The notes beneath the pieces are model-generated. The model saw only the letters and a program-made list of their open reading frames with translations. It was not told the origin of the DNA and ran no database searches. From contig NC_058368.1 in assembly GCF_018350175.1 (NCBI RefSeq), forward strand, positions 102,922,001 through 102,986,000: a DNA stretch of 64,000 bases, read 5' to 3'. The position numbers and the translations under genes are program-made. The DNA is from Felis catus. Its lineage: Eukaryota. Of the stretch, positions 24,793 through 35,559 are shown one piece after another; the first letter of the stretch is position 1; the number at the start of each line of letters is the position of its first letter.

Positions 24793-25290
24793 TCCATCAC
24801 TTGCTGGCTGTGCCGTACGCAGGCTCCAAGATGGCGTCTAATCATCCTCAACAGCTGGTCCTTACGCTCTTGTGTGGTCTCCTCCCAAATGAAGGCCGTT
24901 TGTATGACCGATGGAACAGGGCAAAAATAAGTGCGTGACATCTGAGGCCAGATCAGGGCACTGCGACTTCTACCCTGCCTTCTTGAATCGGTTCCTCAGG
25001 TGAGAACAGCCACACGCCCTGTGGAAAGGCCCAAGTGGGGAGGAACTGAAGGATCCCATAAAGGGCCAGCACCAATTTGCCAGTCAGGAGAGGGAGTCAC
25101 CTTGAAGGTGGTTCTATTCCTAGTCAAGTTTTTGGATGACCACAGCTCTACTTGCTGTCTGACATCTTTTGAGTGACCTTAGAAATACCCAGGAAAGCCG
25201 TTCACAGAAACTGTGAAATAGAGAAACAAACGATTGTTGTTTTCAGCTGTTATGTTTTGGGGGATTTGTGATACGTTAGCTAACTGCCAC
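24793..25290 (+). mobile_element. MaLR solo LTR (MLT1F-like) following a MIR 5' fragment (about 24728-24792)
   Basis: ctccaagatggc..gccctgtggaaaggcccaagtggggaggaactgaagg..cacagaaactgtgaaata..gttttgggggatttgt..taactgccaca. Confidence 0.75.
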
Positions 25291-28145
25291 AGGTTGTATG
25301 GATATGAGTTATTTTTCACTGCGCCAGTCTACACTGTATCCAACGTTTTTAGGAAAAGGATTTTCCAGTCTGGCCCAAGAGCACAGTCGTGCCCATCCGC
25401 CTTGACCTGTGGTTCACAGCAACTCACTGCCTCAAGTTTGGCTTATGTGGTCTAACCAGGTTCACTCTTAATCTCTGAATAAAATATTAATTACGCCTAA
25501 AGACACCATAGCATAAACCCCTGTTTCCCTGAAGGCGATTAATCCACAATGGCTTCTACCCCTTTGCATTACTCTACAAATCCCCCTTTCTCACCTGTTT
25601 ACTTCATTTAAGCACTTTCCCGAACAGAAGAGCTTCCTATGCCCCACCCTCACCCTTGACATGTGTCTTGAGCTTTCAAGATTTCGATGTAGGAAAGTGA
25701 AGATGAGAAGTTCTTCACCAATTAACCAAAGGAAGACTATTTCAGGGAGAGGTTCTGTTCTGTTCATGGGATCCGTCTGCCTCCCTCTCAGATGTCAATG
25801 TTGGGTAGCTGTGCGCTTGAGAGGGGACGGGACTTGAAAGGTCATTTTACCCAACGTCTCATTTTAGAGATAAAGCTCTCAAGTGACCTGTCCTAGATGG
25901 TGGTGACTGAATACCAAGGCTGGGACAGCAAGAGTCCCTTGAGTTTGGGTTCCTTTCGTCAAGCGCTTAATCCTTCCCTCCGTGACGATGCAGCGACTGG
26001 ACAGGAACAGTTTTCATTGGCAACTGCGCTTCGGATATCTTTGCCATAAACAGCATTCTTGTCTATTCCCTTCCGTCTCAGGAAATAGGAAAAAGGCTGA
26101 CATCTCCACCACTCCTGTTTCCCAGCAGGATTGTTACCTCATAGCAGGCTTGTTACCAATTTCGTGTCCAGGGTGTTTCGAAACCTTTTAAAGCCGAAGA
26201 GGTTTGTGTTGCTAATTTTTCTCTGGAATAATGCTCTGTGGTTATGGAATGCTCCTTGGGCTTGAAACGTTGCTTTACTTGGAGGCCTCTTCCTGTCACT
26301 TCTGAACACTAACGGGAAAGGTGATTTATTCCCATGACCCTGAAGGTTCTAGATATTTTGTCTACCAGCCTGTGGATGGATTCTAAGAGTGGCTCATTAG
26401 CAGTTTCTCTGTCTGGTGACTGTACTGTCGGTGTAATACTTGGGGCACAGACACCAGGCTCCCAGAGGAATTTTCACAACTGTTTGAGGGACCGTAAGGA
26501 AACACCTCTCTAAGTAAACCAGCAGGAACATGTCCTGGCTGAAAATCAGTCTGTATCTGGTCCCCCAATTTCTAGCCAAAGAAACAGGGCGGGGTTTTTG
26601 ATATTCAGGGGTGGGGGCATGGGTGGGTGGTGCAGTAACAGCATTTAGACGTTCCTTAATCAAACTGCAAACACCAGGGGTAAGCCTGGATGAAACAAAG
26701 CTGCAAACGTAAGAAGCAATGAAAGAAATTAGCAACAGAAGCGCCCGCTCTGCCTCTCCTCTGTGGCATTGTTATTAAAGTTCAAATGTCTTTGATATGA
26801 TTAAAATAATCTTTTTTAGGATACTGCCACGTTGGAAGAGCCACAAAAGGAGGCCGAATGTGTTGAGAGATACACAAGTGGATCAGTAAGATGACAGCTG
26901 CTGCATTGAAATCGGGATTGTAATATGTCAGTTTCCAGCCCATCACATATAATCCAGACAGAGACATAGCTTTTCGTCTGCCTCGTTATGATTTCCCTCT
27001 GTCTGGTGCGGTTTGGGTCACATCTGTTGGCTGCATTCTCATATTCATGAGATCTGCATTGACTGATAGTTTAAACCCTGTGTTTATCTATGTCTGTGGT
27101 TCTTATTTCTCTCCCAGGGAAGTCTCCAGAGAAGCACAGTATCCCCTGATGCGGGTATCTTGGTTTCATTAACCCACCGTTGGTGCGTCCTTTCAGCCAC
27201 TTCTGTATGTTTCATGCTGGGATACTGGTTGCATTCATTATGCATGCTTTTTAACCCCTATTATCTCAGGAAAGAATAATCTGAGAAAATTAAAAACTCC
27301 ATAACAACTTCTTGGCTATCTCACACTGATTTCAAACACAGTGGTTCACAAGAAACGAAACAAGCTCTGCTGGTTGGACTTTTGCATGTTTTCTACTCAT
27401 ACGATGCTTTGTCTCTCATGATGAAAGACTGAGAAACACTGACTATTTCAAGCCTAGGAAATCCTTTTTCATTTCATCCATTGCTAATGTTTCATATCTG
27501 CTCATTGAAATCTAACCCCTGATTTCTGTTGTAGACATATGTAATCTGAAGGCATGCAACATTTTGCAAATGTTGGCCCATATTTTTATTTCATAAGGTC
27601 TTATTTGGTCTGTCGACCAAGTTTTGATTACTTCCATATTGCTCTTAATTGCCTTAATATCCCCAAAGACATTCCTATTTTGTGCATCCCTTTATCTTTG
27701 CTTCTTTTATCTCTTGCTGTGAGAGTACAAAATTGCTGACATACTCAATGTATTTAAATTCTGAGTGTTGCAGAAGAGTTTTCAAATCTGTTTTAATTTT
27801 CCGATACTCAGCTGAGGGCCATTACGCATTCTGTTCACTTACTCTGTTTTTAATCATATCTGTAAGTGCTAACGTTGTCCACGAGAGAAATGGTCTATAA
27901 AGTAAAACCAGACCAAGTGTATTTTAGCATACATCAAGTTCAATTCTGCCTTGTTCTACCTGTGTTATTGCCTTATAGTTGCGTGGCCTTGACTTACAAC
28001 AGAACTTCTGTACCCAACGTTTATGATACGCTCCTGAAATACTTGGTTTTTCCATGTTAAAAATACTTGTTAATTATTACCCATCTCTTCATGATCACGA
28101 TGAAAACTGGGGGACGTAACTGCTTTCAATTCTATTTCAATTCTA

Positions 28146-28613
28146 TGTATCAGCTAAGATGCATTTAGTGTGGATAACCCATAATTGCATAAATGGGTGA
28201 GCAGACCACTAGAACATAACTCTAACATTGACTTCCATCTTTTTGTTCTTCCATCCTTGGGTAGCCTATTTCATCTCCTTTTTGTCATACCTCCATGTAT
28301 CCCCACACTATAGTGACTGAGTAGGAAGAGAAGGGACAGGAGCAACGCCCCCCACCCTCTGTGGGGAATCTTTCTTGGCATCCCTAGGCAGTCTTCCCCT
28401 TAGGTCTTACCTAGCCGAGGACAGAGTCACAAGTTCATCCTTTTGATGACTGGACCAATTCTTGGCAAAATGTAAGAGCTCATGATGATCGTCTTAAGCC
28501 AACCATGATTATACTGTGCCCCTGCATATACTAATGCTGTATCAGAGAGTTCTGTTAGCAAGGAGTAAGGAGACTGGATGGTGGGTAGGAAGAAAGGATA
28601 GCTGCTTGCCACA
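28146..28613 (-). mobile_element. MaLR solo LTR (MLT1K/L-like)
   Basis: Plus strand starts tgtatcagctaagatgc and ends gttctgttagcaaggag..tgggtagg..gctgcttgccaca. Confidence 0.6.
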
Positions 28614-28906
28614 CTTCATAACTCTGTTCAAGGTTTAAGTCATGGGTACAGAGATCACTACTGTTGCATTGAGGCCTAGGAAGTCAACCACCATGTTCTC
28701 AAGTGCAACATGTTTATACATTATTCCTTGTGTTTTAAAAGAGCATGTTTTATTACATGCTTTTCTCCCCGACCACAATGGACTCTATGGAATACCCTCT
28801 TATGCATATGCAATAGAAAAAGAAACAAAGGCCTTGAAATGGGGAGGAGAAATTAAAAAGAGCGGGAAAAAAGACAAAGACTAAACTGTAATGTATTTTC
28901 TTTTTT

Positions 28907-29144
28907 TTTTTTTAAATTTAAAAAAAAAATTTTTTTTCAACGTTTTTTTATTTATTTTTGGGACAGAGAGAGACAGAGCATGAACGGGGGAGGGTCAGAG
29001 AGAGAGGGAGACACAGAATCGGAAACAGGCTCCAGGCTCCGAGCCATCAGCCCAGAGCCCAACGCGGGGCTCGAACTCACGGACCGCGAGATCGTGACCT
29101 GGCTGAAGTCGGACGCTTAACCGACTGCGCCACCCAGGCGCCCC
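28907..29144 (-). mobile_element. Young SINEC_Fc nested at the tail of an older SINE
   Basis: TSD tgtattttctttttt at 28892-28906 and 29145-29159. Confidence 0.96.
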
Positions 29145-29159
29145 TGTATTTTCTTTTTT

Positions 29160-29390
29160 AAACATTTTAATCGTTATCTTTTTTAATGTTTATTCATTTT
29201 GGGGAGAGAGAGAAAGGCAGAGTGTGAACGGGGGAGCGGCAGAGAGAGAGGGAGACACAGAATCGGAAGCAGGCTCCAGGTTCTGAGCGGTCAGCACGGA
29301 GCCCGATGTGGGGCTCGAACCCACAAACCGTGAGATCGTGACCTGAGGCAAAGTCGGATGCTTAACTGACTGAGCAACCCAGGTGCCTCC
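29160..29390 (-). mobile_element. Can-SINE (older host)
   Basis: SINE body; outer flank atgtattttc at 29393-29402 matches 28891-28900. Confidence 0.93.
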
Positions 29391-29714
29391 CGATGTATTT
29401 TCACTTGCAAAATCTCTCTTCCTATACACACTGCCAGTGGTGTTTTGTGTTTTGGCTTACCAATGGTGAATTCTTTCCTCAGAATGAGACTCTCGAGTTC
29501 AGTGGGTGAAGGGTTCCATCCAGTAGGGTGCAATTCTGCTTCAGAATCTACCCACTTCCCTAAATGAATTAATACTGAAATGAGGAAGGTGAGCATCTGC
29601 AGCCATTAATCTTCTGACCCCTCTTAACTCTTTACAGGAGTTTGGTCCTCTGTTTTGAGTTAGAACAAAAACTCAGTAGAAAAAGCTAACCGTAAGGTAG
29701 AAACATTCTTATTC

Positions 29715-29934
29715 TTTTTTTTTTTTTTTCAACGTTTATTTATTTTTGGGACAGAGAGAGACAGAGCATGAACGGGGGAGGGTCAGAGAGAGAGGGAGAC
29801 ACAGAATCGGAAACAGGCTCCAGGCTCCGAGCCATCAGCCCAGAGCCCAACGCGGGGTTCGAACCCACGGACCGCGAGATCGTGACCTGGCTGAAGTCGG
29901 ACGCTTAACCGACTGCGCCACCCAGGCGCCCCCC
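29715..29934 (-). mobile_element. Young SINEC_Fc without visible TSD
   Basis: Near-consensus body; flanks aaacattcttattc and ccatgacactttc do not match. Confidence 0.95.
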
Positions 29935-29997
29935 CATGACACTTTCTAGTTGTATTTTTGAAATTAAAATAAATAAATATATAAACGAATAACTATT

Positions 29998-31040
29998 TGT
30001 ATTAGGGTTTTCTTGGGTGCAAATGACAGAAATTAATTTCATAATAACTTCAAGTTTATTTATTTAGTTTGAGAGAGAGGGAGAGAAAGAGAGCTCACGA
30101 GCGAGTGGAGGAGGGGCAGAAAGAGAGAGGAAGAGAGAGAATCCCAAGCAGGCTCTGCATTGTCAGTGCAGAGCCCGACACAGGGCTTGAACTCATGAAC
30201 CTGCGTGGCTCAGTTGGTGAAGTATCCAACTCTTGATTTCAGCTCAGCACATGACCTCACAGTTTGTGAGGCTGGGATTCTCTTGGGAATTCTCTCTCTC
30301 TGTCCTTCCCCTATTGGCGCTCTCTCTGTCTCTCTCTGTCTCTTGCTCTCTCTCTCTCTCAAAATAAATAAATAAACATTTAAAAAAAAACCCAAAAAAC
30401 AAGAGTTGGGCACTTAACCAACTGAGCCACCCAGGCACCCTGACTTCAGGCTACCTTGAAACACAGGATTTGGGGTAAGAATATTAAAGTAGCACAGTGA
30501 CTCAAGAGGAAAACTCAAAAACCAAAACTCTGGAGGGGCAGTAGTGACCTAAGTTAGGGACTCCATGCGCCTCTGGGAATTTCCTTACATTTCTGCTTTT
30601 TTCTGAGCATTGGTTTCATTTCCTCAGCTCACTGTTTTCCATCAGCCAGGGCCAGGGCCACAGTCAGCCTTTGGATCACATCCTAACAACAGTGCAATCA
30701 AGAGAGAAAAACACTCTTTTTCTCCAGGAAACATTTAAAAAATTCCAAGAAGGGACTATGGTTTTTCTGGCTCGGGTCATGTGACCATGCTTGGAGTAGC
30801 CACCACCACCTCAGGTCCCAGATGAACAGGTAAGAAGGGAGTAGAGGAAGAAGGCCTGTGATTAGCCAGTCCATCTTGGATTACGTTCTACTCCCATGGT
30901 TAGGATTGCTAGGACTCTACCACATACTCCCCTATTAGAAGCGTGGCTTTGAAGAAATACTTTCTGAAGAAGGGAGTTGTTGTCAATGGGGCAACGGGCA
31001 ACCGTGCACTGGAACACAGACGCATAACACAGTCCTCATT
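29998..31040 (-). mobile_element. MaLR LTR (MLT1J/K-like) interrupted by a SINE composite
   Basis: tgtattagggttttcttgggtgcaaatgacagaaa start; ggctcgggtcatgtgaccatgc and tgattagccag internal motifs. Confidence 0.55.
30055..30440 (-). mobile_element. Can-SINE host containing an opposite-strand SINE (about 30200-30395, +)
   Basis: Minus SINE body 30055-30200, plus-strand SINE with own tail, then remaining minus head 30400-30440; outer TSD taacttcaag / tgacttcagg. Confidence 0.88.
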
Positions 31041-32919
31041 AGAGTTTCTGGTTTTGCAGTGTGTGTCTGGGAATCCAATATGGCAGAGCAGGGAAATGAT
31101 GCCCCGGCGTTCTATGCTGAGCTGGGATGGGCTGAGCACAGGTTACAGACCACGCCGTGGTGTGTGTGATCCAGGGTCAGCCTTGAGAACTGGTTTAAGA
31201 ACTCTCGTAGGCCCTTGCAATCTTAGGCTCTACACGATGGCACCAACACTGCTCTCCTATAAACAATCAAGTCCTCCCTAAATGCCACCCCACTCATCAG
31301 CAACATTTCCTCAGCTCATTCTTACCAACCTCTCTGCAGCGCTGAAATATTCATTCGTTCATCACTGTATTCGACGACTCAACAGTATTATTTGATGAAT
31401 CCAGGAGACTGTGCAAAAGACAAGGTCTCTCTTTTTGGGGAAACCAGAAATAAAGGAGCAAGCTGGAAAATGGGTAATTTACTTGCCACTTGGCAATAAA
31501 TGCTATGAAGGAAATAAATGGGAAGCTCTAACAGGGAATAAGTGTTTATGAAAGATCTACCTAAACAGTGTTTATGTGTCCATAACTCTCTGTGAAGGAA
31601 AAAAGCCTCTCCCCACTGAGAGCTCTGGTGTCAGACCTGCCTCTGGTCTGCAGCCAAGCCCTCGGATGTGCCCTTCTCTGCATTTGCTTTTCTCGACCTC
31701 TTTTATTTATTTATTTTTTTTGACACAGGTATCCCCCGAGACCAAATAACTAAGGAGACGACTTCAATTCTCCCAGACCCTCCTTTCATCCTCTGAGGGT
31801 CCTTCCTCATTTATCTTCTGCCCCCCCCCTATTATTTCTCTTGCTATGCACGGAAATTAAATTATTGATCTTATTCAAACCTCCTCCCCCAAGATAAAAG
31901 CCTACGAGAAAGTAAAGATCTTGTTGGAAGATAACCGCGCAGGGTGAAGGTGGGGCGTTTGGGGAGAGGTCTTCCCTGTACTTTTCACGTTGCCAAAGCA
32001 ACAGCTTAGTTCAGTTTCTCTGAGCTGACGTGCAAGGTATCAGGGTAAGGCAGTTCTCACATTTACATCTGTGTCATCTTCTGTTTTTCTGTTTATATCG
32101 TTCAGTCTTGGTTATTAACACACGGTCATGCCTATAAACACACACTGTCATCAAATTTCTTCAATACATAATAGCAGGTAGGTAATGGCATTAAAGATAA
32201 TCCCGGGGCTGTTTGGACTGGAGACAACTTTCACCTATCATTGGATGTCCTGAAAACACTTCTGTAACCTCCCTTATCCTCCCGTGCAGATGAATGCCAG
32301 GCTTTGTTTGTTTACCAGGCAACCGGAGTCCAGGATGTGGGCCAGGCTCATCATGTCTCGGCTTCCATGTTCTCTCTCAGAATGAATTGGTATTTGCCTC
32401 AGTTCCAAACTGGTCCTGTTTTGTAGCGATGGAAATCTGCCACCAAAATCTTGGTAGGGCTTCCCTGAATCCAGACTGTGCTGATGGAAATTACGGGGCT
32501 GAAAGGACTTTGTGGCTTGGAGAAATGACATTGTATTGAAAATATGCCGGTGACGTTTATAAGGCATATTAAGCACTTTTACTATATTTTAAAAAATCAC
32601 GGAAAATTACTTGGTAAGAAAACAAATATTCCAAGGCAATCGTTTGGTCCAACATTCTCAAAAGCTAGTCCTGTATCCAAAGTGTGATTGATCTCTCAGA
32701 GAGTGAGCCTTTATTAATTCTTCTCTTCCTTTCTTTTCAGAGACTATTCTTGAATGCTGTGTTTGCTTTTCTAGTCTTCCCTCTGTTGCCATAATATACG
32801 TTAGCCAGCAGGCTCAATTTTTCTGTTACCTAATGGGGGCTTCCTTTATTATGATACACTTTTGCTGAAATTCCCAGACTCTTCTATTTCTTAAGTCTTA
32901 CGGGAGAGTCAGCTAACCA

Positions 32920-33150
32920 AAAACAATAGAGAGAATTTATTGAACGTTTACTGTGGGAACAGAATGGTTGAGGTCAGGAGACGATGCATAAACACATGAA
33001 AATGACAAAGGAACAAAGAGGGGGCAAAAAGAGCCAGTAAGTGACGGGAGTGATGGCAGGATGGATAATCAAGGGATATCCAGTTGGATCAGGTTCATTA
33101 GGGGAAACCTTCTGGAAGAGAACAATTGAGACTAAAGGAAGGACTGGAGT
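32920..33150 (-). mobile_element. L2 fragment
   Basis: aatttattgaacgtttactgtg..ggggaaaccttctggaagag..gagactaaaggaagg. Confidence 0.5.
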
Positions 33151-35559
33151 GAGACCAGCTGGGAATACCGCTCTCTATTGCCCTGCAGAGTTACAATGAG
33201 AGTCACCTAAAGAGTTTTGCTTCTAACAGCCACCTTAAGAGTAGTCTTTGTGCCATCTGGACTCCCGAGCGTTCGATTGGTTTCCTAGCCAGTGCATGTG
33301 AATCAGAGCCAGTGTCTCAAAGAAACATTATACAGGAACATTCTCAAAGTGTCCACAAGAATCAATCTTTACTGCCTCACCATTATTTCGGAATCAAGCC
33401 CAAACTCCTTTCCGTGAAAACCCTGAGTATTTGCAATCAGACTAAACACTTCTTTTTAATGCTCCCAAGCGGGGAAGCCTGGGTCCTTACCTTGCTGAAC
33501 TTCTAGCAGTCAATAGAATGTGCCAGGCATGGCCATGCCTTTTTGCCTTGGGCTTGAATTCTCCTTTCATTGTTCTGTGAAGGCCAAACACCTCTTGCTG
33601 ATACTCCCAACGTCTTCTCTGAAAACTGCCTCTGCCTCTTTTTTGCGGGGCTAAGCATTCTATTTACTACACTCTGCAAATACACCCATCAGATATTTTC
33701 TACAGACTTAGCACAGAATATCATCATTTGGGGGAGAACATGCTTTTATACCCTACCATACTGTGAACTCCACAGGGTTAAGAGTGTGTTTTATTAGCTT
33801 TACAACCTCCATTCTGAGTACTGCAAAGGGAAGATAGTGGGTGTTCACAACACGCTTACTAAACAAGAATTGCTATTCGGCTTTTTGTACCCCTGCATTC
33901 CCTTAGGACTGCCATTTTCCCTTTCCCAAGTTGTTGACAATCTCTTAAGAGAGATTTCACTTAAGCATATATAACATTGCAGAGAATTTCAAAAATTCCC
34001 GTGAACTTGGGATTATTATCAGTCTCAAATTCTTTAGACACTTCTTATACCTGATTTCGTTCATCAGGTTAAACACAGAGAAATCTGTTAACATTGCCTC
34101 AACTCACACATGCACATAGATTCGAATTTCTTGCGCATGTTCATTAAAGTGTCCCCAAGTACAGGTGTCCTGATAGACATCTGAATTAAAAGCAGTGAAT
34201 GAGTTTGCTTTGCAAAATAAATAGAAATATGAAAAGTTGGTTATTTTGTGTACGGCTCCCCGGTTTAACATCTATTTCACTCTTTCACTTCTCCTACAAT
34301 ATATACAATTGATACATATTGCATATATTTGCAATTGATATATTGCATATCAATATATACGCATCCATTCTTTTCCCTACCCTTGGGTATTTTATTTGTG
34401 TTTCACATTTATTTCCCAAAAGTCCTAAGTATAAACATTCTTGCAGATTATCAACGAAGCTATGGAAAAGATTGGAATGTAGCTGACTGTATGCATGTGT
34501 ACATTTGTGTGCATATGGAGGATTTGTGTAGAATTTTTTTTTATCGTTAACTAGGAGGTTTTGGTGCTAAGCACAATGGTTTCAGAGCTAAGCACTGCAA
34601 ATTCTACTTTCAATGGTTTAGTAACCTAGTGGTCATAACAGGAGTGCAGTGACATAAGTGAAAGAGAAGCCAAAAATACCATGAAAGTGGTATTAGGAAA
34701 AAAAGTGACCTGGAACTTCCCTCAGCTGCAAAATAATAGCAGTGGGAGGTGACATATTTACTTGTACTTGAAGAAGACAGAGGAAGGATGTTCCAGGTAC
34801 CACAAAAAGTAAACAAAGGGGGGAAGGATTTGTAGGTCATTCATCTTGGGGCGCAGTGTGCTGAATCCTTGTTTGACCAGGATGTCATCTGGCTCAGTCA
34901 CCTTAATTCGTAAATCTGAATTTAAATTAAAATGAGAAGGATAGTCCAATATCTCACATTTTAAAGCTTATACTTCAGTTGTTCATTCCTTGTTTTTGAA
35001 AGACAGAGATGAAGTCGATCCATAGAGTGTATGCCAAACACAAGCCCGGCTTTAGGTACAAGTTTAACTGTAGAGACGTATTTCCTACTTCCTAAGAACA
35101 CATTATGGTTGCAGGCAGTTTATAGAGACATGGTCCTTAACAAAGAAACATGGGCTATATAAGGGTTGATCTCAGGGTTCAACCTACAATAGCATATTGC
35201 AATAGGGCAGATTCTCTGTCTGCCCCCTTGAATAACGAGAGGTGCAAGGGCTAAGGGAAGGGAACCAACGGATTTGGTTCAGCAATAGGTATGCGGGGTC
35301 TGCCCTCATGTGCTCACAGCAGCTTAGGTCTGAGGACAGATGTGACTGGCAGCAGGGAAGACCAGATCAGAGAAAAAAGGGACATAAGAAATAGTAGGAG
35401 TAATGGTGGCTCTAAGTAGATGATGATATTGGCAAAGTCAAACCTTGCTAGCATTTCTCTCCCTTCTCTCCTCACCCCACCCCCATTACTATAGGTCAGT
35501 ACTAAAGTCTCTTAATGTACTTATCTAGAGTCGGTTGTCCAGTAAGATCAAGGAGGTAG

